Positions 27,923 through 41,321 of a stretch of 64,000 nucleotides of DNA are shown piece after piece. The stretch covers positions 23,189,486 through 23,253,485 of the forward strand of contig CM119267.1 of the NCBI GenBank assembly GCA_051294375.1, given 5' to 3'. The position numbers were made by a program, and so were the translations under genes. This stretch comes from Paraspadella gotoi. Taxonomy: Eukaryota > Animalia > Chaetognatha. Numbering within the stretch: the stretch's first letter is position 1; every line of letters begins with the position of its first letter. Below the pieces are notes generated by a model, which saw only the letters and a program-made list of their open reading frames with translations, was not told the origin of the DNA and made no database searches.

Positions 27923-30900
27923 ATGTCGGGCTACACTCCCGGCTCGGCCCCGGCGTCGCGCTGTCCCCACGTGACCAAAATCGGCGATCCGGACAAGGAC
28001 TACATCGAGCGCTTACGCAATCGCGGTCCCGCGTGCTCTCAGTGCAGCGCCCACGGTCCCAACCTCTGGCTGTGCCTGCACGAGAAATGCTTGGAGGTCG
28101 GCTGCGGCGAAACGCTCGAGGACCACAGTTCCCGTCACGTGACCTCGCGCCCCGCCCACTCCCTCACCCTCAATCTGACCAGCCTTAGAGTTTGGTGCTA
28201 CTCGTGTCGGACCGAGGTCTTTCTCGAGAACAACGACCCGCCGCTGCTCGCGCGTCCCCTGCGTATAGAGGAGGGATTCGACGAGGAGGCGGCCTCCGCA
28301 GCCGCCGCCGCGGCAGAGCATCAGAGATCCGCTTCTCCGCGCGGAGCCGACGAATTCTCTCCCCATTTCCGGCACCGCGTCGTCAACGGCGCCTTACCCG
28401 GCGGGAGAGGCTCTACGCCCAACCTCAGCCCCGCCCACTCGCTTCGGACGCTGGGCGGATCGTCGGGCGCCTTCGATGAATCAGACGAAGAGTCTGACGA
28501 CGATCGGGCACAGGCGCAGCCAAGGGGGTTGACGGGGCTGCAGAATTTGGGGAATACGTGTTACATGAACTCGGCCATTCAGGTGAAGATTGAGGGGTAA
28601 GAATTGATGCGTCTGAACTCCTTATGCTAAAAAGAAGATGCTGAAGAATAATAAATAAATAAGACCGGGTCTTAAAGAGAACGCCACTAGTTTGAGAAAG
28701 AAGTACAGCAATGTACTGAATAAAAAAGGAATTATTACGAAATAAGGGCTTGAGAATTTAAATTAGTTTAATCGTCTTCGTATTCCCCACCCCCCCCCTC
28801 CACACTCCCCTCTATTTAGGCTCTCTCCAACTGCCCGCCCCTTTCCCAATTCTTTCTCGACTGCGACGCCTTCGCTCGATCCGACCTCAAACCCAAACTC
28901 TCGACGAGTCTTACAAACGACTCCTCGAGGAGATGTGGCACAAGCGTCGACCCGCCTACGTGTCCCCCACCGCCGTCGCCCACGGCATCAAGGCCGTCCA
29001 TCCCATGTTCCGCGGCTACGCCCAGCAGGACACTCAAGAGTTTCTGCGTTGCTTCATGGATCAAATCCACGAGGAGCTGAAGGTGGCGGCGCCGGGGACC
29101 GAGGGGGCGTCGACACAGACGGTTGGACCTGCGACGGCTTCGACGACGGGTTCGTTTCCAGTTCCTTGTTTTAAATTCTATTAAGTAAAATACTAAATAT
29201 ACTAAATATATAATACTAATAGATATGAGATAAAAATAAATTCAAGCATTCAACAAATCTTCCAACCCCTAATTTCCAGGTTCCGAAAAAAACTTAAACA
29301 ACTCATCCACAATCATGAAGGAGGGCAGCTCGAGCAGCGTCTCTGAGATCGACTATGAGACTTGCGACTCCGGCCTCAGTTCGGAGCGATCCAAGACGGC
29401 CGAGGGTGAGGCTTCTACTCCGGACGCACCATCTATCGGCCGGACAACGCCGGGCTCGCATTCCGACGGACTTTCCAATCACGTTAACGGCGATGCCCGT
29501 CATCTGCCGGATGATTTTGACGACAATCCGGGCGAACGCGACGTTCACATTGGTGCCAGAAAGTCCGCGTCGGCGATTTCCCTTTCCGGTAGCGCCGGCG
29601 CCGGCGTGGAAGTCGTCGGCTCATCATCTACCGGCGCGCTTTCCGTCTCGACCAGCGGACTTCGTAAGCGACAAGTCAGCGTCGGTTCCTCGACTGGAAT
29701 CGGTCGGCGCCAATCGGAGAGTCAGAGCGCAGCCTCGTCTCCTCACGGCGCCGCCTCTACTTCGTCTACGGACGCCAAAAGCGGCGCCGGCGCCGCCGAG
29801 GACAATTCCAAGAGGAACGTCAAGTATCGCTCCATCATCTCGGACGTGTTCGACGGAAAGATCCTTTCCAGCGTTCAGTGTCTGACCTGCGACCGAGTCT
29901 CGACCACCTTGGAGACCTTTCAAGATCTTTCACTACCGATCCCCAACAGAGAACATCTCACGGCCATGCAGGCGTCCCACGCGATCGCGTCCACTGCCGC
30001 GGCCGCCTCCGCCCAGGCTTTTAACGGCGGCAAATCTCCTTGCACCGAGGCTTACCCCAACCAAGGCTGGATCCCTTGGATGTTCTCCTGGCTCAAGAGT
30101 TGGTTCTGGGGACCCGTCATCACCCTCCACAACTGCCTTCAGGCGTTTTTTTCCGCCGACGAGCTCAAGGGCGACAACATGTACTCGTGCGAGCGCTGCA
30201 AGAAATTGCGCAACGGCATAAAGTACTCGCGCGTCCTGCAACTGCCCGAAGTCCTCTGCGTCCATCTCAAGCGATTCCGCCACGAGTTTATGTTCTCCTC
30301 CAAGATCTCCTCGTACGTCTCGTTTCCGCTCGAGTCGCTCGACATGCGGCCGTACGTCCACCGCGACTCGACTGAGACGCACACATTGTACGATCTCATC
30401 GGGGTCATTTGTCACCACGGCACGGCGGGCGGCGGGCATTACACGGCCTACGCGCTTAATCCTATCAGCGCTCAGTGGTACGAGTACGACGACGAGTCCG
30501 TCACGGAGGTTGACCCTAATCAGGTGGAGACGTGCGAGCCATACGTCCTTTTTTATCGCAAGCACCAGGTGAGTCAGTGTTGTTGTCTGCCTGATCTTTT
30601 TCGCTTTTATAAAATTTATTATTCCCCACCAGATGGACATGCCGAACGTTCGTGCCAAAGCGGTGGAGCTGATGCGCCAGCGAGAGCGTTCCTTGATGCA
30701 GTTCGCCGTCTCCAAGCAATGGATCAACAAATTCAACACATTCTCTCGTCCGGGTCCGATCAGTAATGACGACTTCCTCTGCGCCCACGGTGCTGTGCCG
30801 CCTCATCTCGTCCAGCGCGTCGACGATATGGTCATGACCGTCTCCCAATCCGTCTGGGAATATCTCCACGGGCTCTTCGGCGGCGGCCCGGCCGTCAACC

Positions 30901-31424
30901 GCCTCTACCCTTGCGCGGCTTGCCAGCAGACCGTCGAGCGCCTGGTCACCCGTCAAAAGGCAGAGTTTGAGACCTTCGTCAGGCTCAATCAGGCGTTCCA
31001 GGCCGGGGAGAGTCCGTGTAGGATCTACGGGATCTCGATGGCCTGGTTCAAGCGATGGGAAGCTTTCGGGCGCGGACGGGAGAAGGAACCGCCGGGGCCG
31101 ATAGACAACGCGGCCATCGCCGACGGGCCTTTACCAATCGCTCGGTACGGGCCCGGACACGCGGCGGTCCGGCCAGGCTCGGACTACGGCCAGCTGTCCG
31201 CCGAGATGTTCGCTTTTCTACAGGAAGTGTACGGCGGTGGTCCGGTCGTTGTGGTGCATCCCGGCGAAACGGAGTCGGCGGCGGCGACGGCGGAAGAGAC
31301 AAATGTCAAGGGTGCGACGTCGATGGGGTCCGTCGTCGGCAGAGGCCTCAACGGAGTCGTTGAAAGTTCGGAGAGCGTCGTCGGCTGTGTCGTCAATGGC
31401 GGCGTCGTACCGTCGATTGATTAG
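27923..31424 (+). CDS. Ubiquitin-specific protease USP20/USP33-like (zf-UBP, USP, two DUSP domains); exons 27923-28582, 28820-29149, 29280-30568, 30633-31424; apparent frameshift near 28905
   Basis: zf-UBP ([20 protein letters not shown]), Cys box [39 protein letters not shown], His box [20 protein letters not shown] and PGPIDN. Confidence 0.9.
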
Positions 31425-32378
31425 TCATTGCATTTCTAATTTCTTGATATTTTTTCCTTAATCATTAATTAATTTCTATTATTGAAGGGTTATCACTAAT
31501 CTCGATCCCGAATTCCATCGTCGTCGTCTCCGTTTTTACGTCAATCCACGAATTCACTTTCCGTCTCGTCTCTTAATCGGCAGCCGGCAATCTGCTTTAA
31601 ATACCTTTTTTTTTTATTTCTATTGAAAAAATTTTAGCGGAGTTGATTGACGTAGCCTATCTTAGTCACCGTTTTATTTTTTAAATTGATTTTAGGTTCA
31701 TCCCTGTTTTGCACCCCTGTCTTTGAAGCGCTTGATCTCCGGATGATATTCCCGAAAAGTGACGTTTGATTTCGTGCTATGCAATTGTTTCTGAGTAATC
31801 CAATCGAATGACGAATTGATCATTGTCCTTTGGGTCTTTTTTTGTTTTGTCATGTCATACTTCGATTGAGCTACCACGTGCTAAAAACTGTTATCTATTT
31901 ATTCTCTCCGCCAACGAATTAGTGAATACGAGTTGTCTTTTGAATAAAACTATACAAACCTATTTCTCGGAAATATTTTTTTTGACTTTGTACGCGCTAC
32001 TTTTCAACCTCGAACGGCCGACGCATTATTCTTTTCTGCAATCTGTGTTCTTTATTTTTCGACGTCAAATAAACCATGATCATTTTATGTGGTTTTTTTT
32101 TTTTAAATTATGTGTAAGTATTTTACCAGTTAATTAAATTTCTCAATCGGATTTCAGCTAATCTACTTCTAAAAAAGAGAAAAGGACATTCTAAAGTTTA
32201 AATTGCAAGTTTTCTGATAAAGCCAGTCTTTTGCGATATTTGTCAGAAGAGAGCAACTGCGAAGTTGTAGTGTAGTGTGAGCTACTCTGAGCGGTGTCAA
32301 ATTTATATAAATATCTCGATTTCAAGCTTTTAGGGTAGNNNNNNNNNNTCTCCTCTCAACTGTGTCGGATAGAAATTA

Positions 32379-32465
32379 CTATGGCAATGGGAGGTCGCGG
32401 GGTATCTCATTAACCGGCGTCGGAGTTGCGGATCCCCAGTGACTGCCTCCTGTCACTGGCATGTT
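32379..32465 (-). mobile_element. 3' fragment of the solo-LTR family seen at 38636-38892
   Basis: Reverse complement matches aacatgccagtgacaggaggc.gtcactg...gagataccccgcg...ttgccatagta. Confidence 0.75.
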
Positions 32466-32712
32466 GAAATGTTTACAACAATTCGTTTTTCCGCTTGCAT
32501 GCGAAATCCCGAATCTTCCGACGAAAAAAAAAACTGTTGATATTAGTTGGGAAATCAATAACGCCATGCAAGTTAGACGAATTGCGACTCGAAGTAAGAA
32601 GAATATCTGGCTTTTTTCATGGAGTTTTGAAAATGTTTACTTGAAAAAAAATATTTGTAGCATTGTGTGGCAACACATTAAATATCGCCACTCGCCTGAG
32701 TCTATCAGCGCA

Positions 32713-32784
32713 GCCCCGGTGGCGTAAGAGCGAGATTACTCTCTTCCTACCAAGAGGTCTTGGGTTCGCGCCCCATTGGTGTCA
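32713..32784 (+). pseudogene. tRNA-like sequence (degenerate), probably inside a TGTAG..CTACA LTR-like unit at ~32656-32809
   Basis: GCCCCGGTGGCGTAA (A box), CTCTT/AAGAG stem with a 6-nt loop, GGGTTCGCGCCC (B-box-like), imperfect acceptor stem. Preceded by a hairpin and TCAG, like the other tRNA-bearing LTRs here. Confidence 0.55.
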
Positions 32785-33024
32785 TTGCTAGTAAGTGGGA
32801 CGGACTACAGTCAGATCCGAAGTTCTGAAACTAGTAAATATCAGGCGTTAATTTGTTCTGTCGTAAATAGTAAATTAACTAACGGAACTCTTAGCGAACT
32901 CTTACTTTCTGAGTTAATATAAAGGCCTTTTTTCTTAGAATGGTTGCAAAAGTTAACGTTTAAGGAACATTTTGAAAAAAAACAAAACAAACAAACTAAC
33001 CAAGTCCAGAGGGCAGCGTTCAAA

Positions 33025-33948
33025 ATGTCCTCAATTTCTCTGAGCGAAGCCGAGCGCACCTTCATCGTCCACGGCATCGAGGACGGCGTCCGCGCCGACG
33101 GGAGATCTCGCGAAGACTTTCGCCATCTCGAACTGGAAACTGGCGTCGTCTCCAACACCAACGGATCTGCCCGCGTCCGCCTCGGCCACACTGACGTTCT
33201 CGTCGGAGTCAAGGCCGAAGTGGGCGAGCCCCGACCTTCCGCCCCCGCTCATGGACGTTTGGAGTTCTTTGTCGATTGCTCCGCCAACGCCGCGCCCGAG
33301 TTCGAAGGGCGAGGAGGCGAGACACTCGCCATGGAGATCGCCAACGTGCTCTCGACGACCGTGTCTGGGCCGGGTTCGCTCAACACGGAGTCCCTGGGGA
33401 TCGTGCCGGGAGAACAATGCTGGGTAATGGGATTTAAGTAAATGAATGGCTTTTTCATCGGGTATGAAAATGGTACAACCAATATAAAAATTATCCATCA
33501 TTTAATCAATAAGCTATCTTGCCCCATCCTTGGTGGTTTAAGTCCTCCATCACTCTTACAAGATACAAGCATTCAAATTAAATTTACTAATCAGGACTCT
33601 CTCACAGTCTTGTTTATTCACTCCCAGAGGTTACTTATAAATCGAAACCCTTTGTTATTTTCTCTCTTTTCGTTGTTTTTTGGGATTAGCGAAAAACAAA
33701 AGTTTATTTTGTTAGATGTTACAACGATTTATTTTGAATTAACAAGACGGACATGTTTCGACTCTGTTTTTGCGAGTCTTCATCAGCGTTTGGTATTGAC
33801 AATTTTTTAGAGACATAAGTTAGGGGGAGAGAGAGAGAGTGAGTTAGTTTCCAACAAAGAATTGAGTAAAGGATAGTGGTCAGATGTGAGGACAGGTGAA
33901 GGTGAGGACAGGGAAGAAGGAGTAAGTTTTGTGAATATGAGAGTGAGT

Positions 33949-33992
<44 letters not shown>

Positions 33993-34856
33993 AATCAATA
34001 CATTTGGCAATTTACAACAAAGATAAATAAGTAGACTTGGAAAAATTAGCTTACGGAATAATAATAATAACAAAAGAATAAATAATTTAAATGAAGAATT
34101 CAAAATAAATCGTTCTAACATCTAGCAAAATAAACTTTTGTTTTTCGCTAAATCGAAACCCATAACCATTTTGTGATTTTAATTACGAAACCTCAATACT
34201 TTTTTTTTGTTTTTCTTTATTTATTTCACTTTTTTCTACATATTTGCTTATCTTTTCCTCTTTTTTCCTTCCGTTTTTTAATTCCTTTCCTTTTTTCATA
34301 ATTCCCCATGGTTTTTATTTTTCAGCCACTTTCACATTACCCCTTTTTTCTTCTTTCTTTCTCTATCCCACCGTAGGTCCTCTTTGTCGACGTGGTCGTC
34401 CTCGAATGCGGCGGCGACCTCATGGATTCCGTCTCCATTGCCGTAAAATCCGCTCTCCGTGACGTACGCGTCCCGCGCGTGCGCGTTCGCGTCGACCCGG
34501 AGACGGAGCGACGCGAGATCGAGTTGAGCGACGACCCGACCGACTGCCTTTCCCTCGACGTCCGCCGGGTTCCTCTCCTCGTCACCATCGCCAAGATCGG
34601 CCACGCCCACGTCGTCGATCCCACCGCCGAAGAGGAGGCTTGCTCCATGGCCCGCGTCGTCATGGGCGTCAGGGCCGATGGGACGGTGACCCACGCGCGG
34701 AAGGCGGGCGGCGGCGCGCTCGATCCCAAGAGCGTGGTCGAGATGACGCGCTCGGGAAGGAGCGTGGGCCGGAGGCTGGACGAAGCCTTGACGGCCGCGT
34801 TGGATCGGGAGGGAGCGATGGGGGAGGAGAGGAGAGTGAGAGGCTTTTTGGATTGA
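33025..34856 (+). CDS. EXOSC7: Exosome component RRP42; exons 33025-33423 and 34377-34856
   Basis: LSEAERTFIVHGI, RADGRSREDFR, NTNGSARVRLGHTDVLVGVKAE, FFVDCSANAAPEFEGRGG, CW|VLFVDVVVLECGG, ELSDDP, VDPTAEEE. Confidence 0.95.
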
Positions 34857-35055
34857 GGAGTTGGAAGAGGAGGAGGAGGAGCAGAAGGGAAGAGAACAAA
34901 GATTTTTTTGGTTTTTTTTTTTTTAATCTCACATTCATTCCGCTCGTTTACGACCCACGTTTTGATTTTTAGATCCATGTGGAAAAGAAATTTCTCACAA
35001 TTTGATAAAAGGAACCTTTCGAGCTAAAAATAAAAAAAATAGCCGGACGGTAGTC

Positions 35056-36542
35056 ATGGCGATGACGTCGGTTGTGAAAGTGATGATGGAGTCGGTTTTG
35101 CGTGTTGTCGACGCCTCCTTCAACAGCGCCTCGCTTTTGATGGTGCTGGAGAATCAGAACGGGCAAAGGTTCTGGGCGGGCAGGAAGGATCTCAAACAGC
35201 TCTACCTCACCAAGGGCTTGTCGGCGAGAGATGGAGACACGGGTGAGTCGAGCTGATATTTTGAGATTACGATATACAATTATACATGTATGTATTATTT
35301 AGTACTTAATTTCGGTTCTCTTGTCTCAACTATTCCAGAAATAACTGTCCCTCCTTCTCATCGCTTTTACGAACGCGTCACTCATTTAAAACAATCGACG
35401 CCGTCGAGAGACTCGTCTTCGAAGACCGGGAAGAAAAGGTCCGCCAACGCCGCCTCTTCGGAAGAGGGCGCCTCTGACTCTAAGAAATCCAAGTCAACGA
35501 CTGAGACGGCGACGGAGACTGATCCGATAGTGGTGCCGAGGAACTCTTGGAACGGCGCCACGTTTGACGAGGAAAAATTCGACGTCAAAGAGGAGAATGA
35601 GGCGGACGAGGGTCTCGCCACGTCCGTGACCCCTGCCGTCCAGACTTCCGTCCCCACCGCAATGGTTCGCCTGAGTGACAATCGACACTTTCAGCTGGGG
35701 GACGGCGCTGCTGAGTCGGACGGCGTCGCGGGTGCGTCGGTCGGCGACACCGTTAACGAACCCGAACAGAAGACGTTCACGGAGGAATACATCTCTTTGC
35801 CGCGAATCTCGGTTCAGCAGAATGTTTTTGGAAACTCAGGTCTAGTTTCTTGAGCTCATACCTCAAAAATTTATTCTAATTTTAAGGGAAGCCAGGGAGT
35901 CTGTGAGAGAGTCTTGATTGAAAGCTTGCAGAGGCCTTAAACCACCAAAGCCGGTCCAAAGTCGGGGGCAAGATAGCTTAGTTATTAAATGAATGGATGA
36001 TTTTTTTATATTGGTTTTACTAATATCATAAATACAATAAATTTGCGTTGTAGAAGCCTCAATACTAAATAATCATAATTTAACATGCAGATAAGGAATA
36101 TTTGGATGAGGAGACGCACGGGTCGAAAGTGGATCTTGACTTCATAGTCCTCGACGAATCCGACGACTCCAACGACCGCAACGACGCCGCCGACCCCATC
36201 GACCCCGCCGAGGTCGATGACCCCGCCGATCGAGTTTTCTTCTTTAAATCCTCCGGAGAACTATTTCCGGTGGCCACGTGGCGAAAGCGCATTTATAAAT
36301 TTATCCGCATTCAAAGCGAACCCCCGCTGCCGTCCGTCGTTGCCTTCCGCTGCGACGTGTCGCACTGCTCCGGGCGCATCTCGGTCGCCCTTCGGTCGAA
36401 CAGGGTCGTCTCCTCCACCGAGCACGACGTCGACCTGGAGCCTCTCGACGACGCACGCCTCGCCGCGCGAGTCAGCTCGAGATCGTGGATGGAACCGACA
36501 TTAAACTTTTTCAAGCACGAGGCACTGGGGATTGTATTATAG
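35056..36542 (+). CDS. Uncharacterised putative transcription factor, paralog A (~379 aa); exons 35056-35242, 35339-35839, 36091-36542
   Basis: N-terminal ~60-aa domain shared with the next gene; basic NLS-like KKRS/KKSK; VKEE; C-terminal FLYWCH-like FRC-x4-C-x-GRI...H. Exon phases are consistent. Confidence 0.7.
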
Positions 36543-36738
36543 CTGGGCATATTAGAAATAGCAAATTATAGCCAGTCGGTGAGCTAATAATGGCCCTTCC
36601 GGCGTTGATGAGCATTCATGATTACAATTACGTTTAAATTCCTTTTTTATAGTTTTAATTTTCCTTTTGGGGAGAAAGCCCTGTTATCCAATTTTTTGAC
36701 CTTCCTTCATTGATGGATTAACAAAGGTCGCGGAAAGG

Positions 36739-38009
36739 ATGCAGCACGTGATGAAGATTTTAATGGAGTCGATGATTCGAATCGCCGACTCGTCCTTCAA
36801 CTCGGCATCATTGCTGTTGGTACTAGAGACGCCCGACGGGCAGAGATGTTGGTCGGGAAGAAAAGCGCTGAGGGAAATGTACTTGACGGAAGGGTTGACC
36901 TTTAGAAGCGGAGACACTGGTTAGTTGGGTGTAACGAGTTAAAACTTGGGTGGTCGTGGACCGCGTTATCCATTCATTTTTTGTTTTTGTTTTTAGAATT
37001 AGTCGTGAACCAAGCGGATTCGGTTCAAGGACACGGGCACGCCTTTTCCGTTCCACCATCGCTCACCTCTCATGTCTCCGCCCGCCTTCCCGACTCTTTC
37101 GTCAAGAAGCCTCCCTTCAACCTCCCTATCGCTCTCTTCCCTGCTGACTGTGTTGAAGATACCGAAGTTGACGCTCGTCCATCCGATCGCAAAAGACCAA
37201 AGAAGAACAGACGCTACCCGGCGTCGACGTCATCGTTGAAAAAACGCAAATTGCGATCAGATCCAACGCCGCATAACGTCTCCGTTCAGTTCCAAGGTGA
37301 CGCAGAAACCGTCGCTGTTGACGTCAAAGAGGAGGACGATTCTGGAGCATCGACGCCGGCTCAGGAGATCTCTTCGGCGCTTTCCACATCCACCGCCCAA
37401 TATTTTACTCTGCCGCTCGACGAAAACGGTGTCCTTGCCGTCGACCGCATCGTAGAGATTCCTGGAGTCTTCGACGAGGCGTTGCTGGGAGAAGACGAAC
37501 TTCTCGAAAACGCCATCAACGACGTCGACGACGTTGAGGGGACGTCTAGCGAGCGTCGAGGATTGGACGAGAAACCGGATCTCGCCGCGGCTTCCGTCGC
37601 CGTCGCTAAAAAAAAAGAGGACGCGAGTGTCCAACTTCCTCCCTCCGATCACGTGGCTCAAGAGGGTCGCGTCTTTTTTTACAAATCTTCGGCCGGGAAA
37701 TACCCCATGGCCACTTGGAAAAACTACTCGTACGCCTTCGCCGGAATCAAGCGTCGAGGCGCCGTCAACAGCGTCATCTACCGGTGCAAGCACACGGATG
37801 TATGTCGCGGCCGCATACACGTCGACCTTGAACGAAAGTGCGTGCTCAAGAGCAACCCGCATAACTTTGACGTGTCGCCGCCGGATTTCGAGACCTTTTG
37901 CAAGCGGGTCAGACATCGGACACCGGTGGAGCCCACGATCGAGACCTTTTTGGGAGCGGGGGAAACGCGGGAAGCGAAGGCAGCGGCTGAGGCTGCGGTC
38001 GGCGACTGA
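36739..38009 (+). CDS. Uncharacterised putative transcription factor, paralog B (~397 aa); exons 36739-36919, 36997-38009
   Basis: Same N-terminal domain and first-intron position as paralog A; RKRPKK; VKEE; C-terminal RVFFYKSS.GKYPMATWK..YRCKHTDVCRGRI...PHN. Confidence 0.72.
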
Positions 38010-38358
38010 GAAGAGAAAGCAAACACGTAACTATTTGACTATTTGATTCATGTCACTGGAAGTTGAAAAGCTGCAGGGATCAGAGGCGTATAGAGAGCTG
38101 GGCGCTTCTCCACAAATTATTCAGTGGCCCTACCATAATTTGTCTTGCAGGCTTCTTGGACCCAATACAAAATATGTGTAGGATAGTTTTAATTTATAAT
38201 TTATTTTTATTTTTTACTTTTTTTGGTGGGGGTGGGCCAGACCAGTCCCTATGACTTAATTTAGTGGAGGGGGGTCACACCTCTCTACACGTCACTGAGG
38301 CGGTTGCCTAAAACCTAGGTGCGAAGGTCAAATTCGTAAATCGTCCTAAAAGAATATA

Positions 38359-38922
38359 CAGAAGGCTTCATAATATTTTGTGACCAAAACACGTTCCGAG
38401 AAAACTGCTGGATCAAATTTGTTTAAATTTGGTATGAACGATCCCTATGTGAATACAAATAGAACTATCGAGGCGTCCACCCCCGAGGCCCTGTATATCT
38501 TGTGAGGGGTTGAATATCAAAATTCGCCTCGATAGTTCCATTTATGTAGTCATTAGGACTCTAAATGTAAAATTTCATGAAATTTGATCAGGTTGTTTGG
38601 TGGGAACAGATTCTGGTCGCAAAAAACGGGTGTACTGTGGCAGCAAGACTTAAAGCTGCCTCACTGCTGTCCGTCCTCAGCCTCGTCTCAATGGCTGAGC
38701 AGGCTAAATCATCTCATTCCATCCGTGCGTCCCGGGTTCAATCCCTGGGTATCCCGGTTCTGGCTTAAATGTGACGGTGCCGGTATAAACATGCCAGTGA
38801 CAGGAGGCGGTCACTGAGGGTCCGCAGTCCCTACGCCAGTTGGTGAGATACCCCGCGCCCCGGGTATCACAGGCTATCCTCCCGTTGCCATAGTACCTCA
38901 TTTTATAAGATGAAGCCTTTTG
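38359..38922. mobile_element. Tc1/mariner-type MITE (TA TSD) carrying a nested solo LTR
   Basis: TA|CAGAAGGCTTCAT ... ATGAAGCCTTTTG|TA; body homologous (inverted) to 43035-44013. Confidence 0.75.
38636..38892 (+). mobile_element. Solo LTR with an internal tRNA-like Pol III promoter; 4-bp TSD GTAC
   Basis: GTAC|TGTGGCA...TGCCATA|GTAC; A box TGGCTGAGCAGG, B box GGTTCAATCCC. Confidence 0.75.
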
Positions 38923-40473
38923 TATTGGTTATACTTATAAATATGTTTAAAAGCGTGACGTCGGTTCACTGAATATTTAACTTAAATTTTAAGTTGATAT
39001 TTGAGAAAGATTTGTTTTTACTTAAATGAAAGGCTAACATGAAGTGAAAGTCTTCATGACATGGGTCGAGTTGGAGTTTTGCCTTCGCAGCCTAAGACCG
39101 AAAATCCTACTTGGCTTATTTTTTTTCCTTTTTTTTTCTTTTTCTTTTTTCACTCGAAAAAGCCTTCGGAACACGACCCCTGTCCTGATAAGGTATTTTT
39201 ATCAAGATCTTTTATTTATTTTTAATATTTTGTTTTCTCGGTGCATGTTTTAACCTCGATCGTTTTTTTTCTCTTCAATTGCGTTTATTCAATTGAAGCC
39301 TTTCGATCTTTACTTTCTCTTTTATCTCTCGCAATAACCCAAAAACTTCTCTCTCTTTTCCCTCCCCGCCAATCTCAGCAACCCTTTTTAGTCGACTCTA
39401 TAATTCACTTTGTCGGTCCGTCGGTCCGCCCCCTCAATCCTGTCGGGAATTCACTTATATCATGTCAGAACATCGAATTATGATAAATTGTGCAATAAAA
39501 ACGATGTCCGTCCGTCCGTCTGTTTGTCTTACCTTAGCAAAAAACACCAATTACTCGTGATTGGATGAATAGATTTGAATAATATTTTGTGTGTGGGAAA
39601 GGAAGTGTGTGATTGAGCTGGATATGAAGTTTCGATGGAATAGTCCGATTGGAAATGAGTTTAAATGGGAAAAAAAATATATTTCACTATTTGAACACCA
39701 ATTACTCACGAGTAGATGGGGCGATTGACTTAAAAAATTTTGTATTTGGGTAGAAAGGTGCGTGATTAAACTGGAAATCAAGTTTCGATGGAATCTTTTG
39801 AGTGGAAATGAGTTTAAATGGAAAAAACAAAAAACCTTTTTCACTAATTGATTATGCTTCTTTTTCTTTTTATTTTAAATGTAAATGCAAGATGTATTAT
39901 TTAATCAAATAATCAATCAGTTAATTAGTCAATTAATTAATTAATCAATCAAAACAAATATTCCGGATAAAATTGCTTAATTAAAAAGTTAACTTGAATA
40001 AATTATTTATTAAATAAATAATTAAATTTAATTAATTAATTAATTACCGTTAATGATCGTGGGCAGATCCGACATTGTTTGCTCAAACTTGATTCATAGT
40101 ACGCAATTTTGTTGACTTCCTTCCCTAAAATGATCCGCCTCCTGTCATCGTCGGTGATTTCCCTTCTCCCTGTTGCGGCGGAAACATTGTTAAACACTTT
40201 TTTTGACTAATTTCCTGGGCCGTCCTTTTAAAGGCCGATCGATAGATCGTCAGGATCGGATCAATATTCCTTTCGCTACATTTCGCCTGCATACTTTTTT
40301 TAATTACGGATTATAATTTATTATTTTATTTTTATTTAATAAAAAACGTTTCTCTTTATATATATGTATATATATTTTTTTTTTTGCATTTCCCTCTCTC
40401 CATCCAACGAAAGCGACCGACACCGTTGCTCTCTTTGTCTTTTCATCGATCTCCGCTCCCATCACGATCCACC

Positions 40474-41289
40474 ATGGATCTCGATCGACTGTCTCCAATC
40501 TTCACCGCCACCCTCGTCGCCAGCCTCTTCGCTGTCTCGGCGACGTTGCTCGCAGGCAGCCAGCTGACAGATGCGCGTCCTTGGCGGGATACCCCAGAGT
40601 GGGATTACCTTATTTTCGTGCAACAGTGGCCCCCGTCCGCTTGTATGAATGCCGAACAGGAAGGCCACGAATGTGTAAGTCTTGTTGTTGGAATGGCTTA
40701 ATCAAAATTACGACTTTTTGTTTTCCGAATGTGTTGTCTCTTGATCGTGTCTCTCTTGGTTCATTATTTTAAAATCATTTCGTATTGGTTTTACTAACAG
40801 AAAATCCCTTCTCAAGTCTCGACTTGGACGGTTCACGGTTTGTGGCCGACAAGCTTCGCTTCCGAAGGTTATAATTGTTATTGCTATAAGGGCGTTAAAT
40901 ATCATAAGGTTTTTCGTTTTTCAAAACATTTGTTTCAAATTAGGATTCATTTTCGTCCTTCCAAAAACTTTTTTCCTCCTACCGTTTAACAGGACCCAAC
41001 AATTGCAACAAGTCGTGGCACTTCAACGTCTCCAAAATCGATAGCCTCAGGTCGAAATTGAACGTGGAGTGGCCCAACCTCTTCCCCAAGAAGTCAGAAT
41101 GGAGCTTTTGGAAACACGAGTGGGTCAAGCACGGCACCTGCGCCGCCAGCGACGAAAGGCTAAGGTTAGAGATGAACGGATTGAATTAAATTAAATTGAA
41201 TTAATTGAATTAAATGAAATTGCACGAAGGGTGCATTAAGGCGTACGCCTTTTTGCTTTTATGCGTACATCAAGTAAACTCTATGAATC

Positions 41290-41321
<32 letters not shown>

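Noticed and set aside
32713-32784. Functional tRNA gene
   Set aside because: 6-nt anticodon loop, weak acceptor and D stems; the context matches the tRNA-bearing LTR-like elements.
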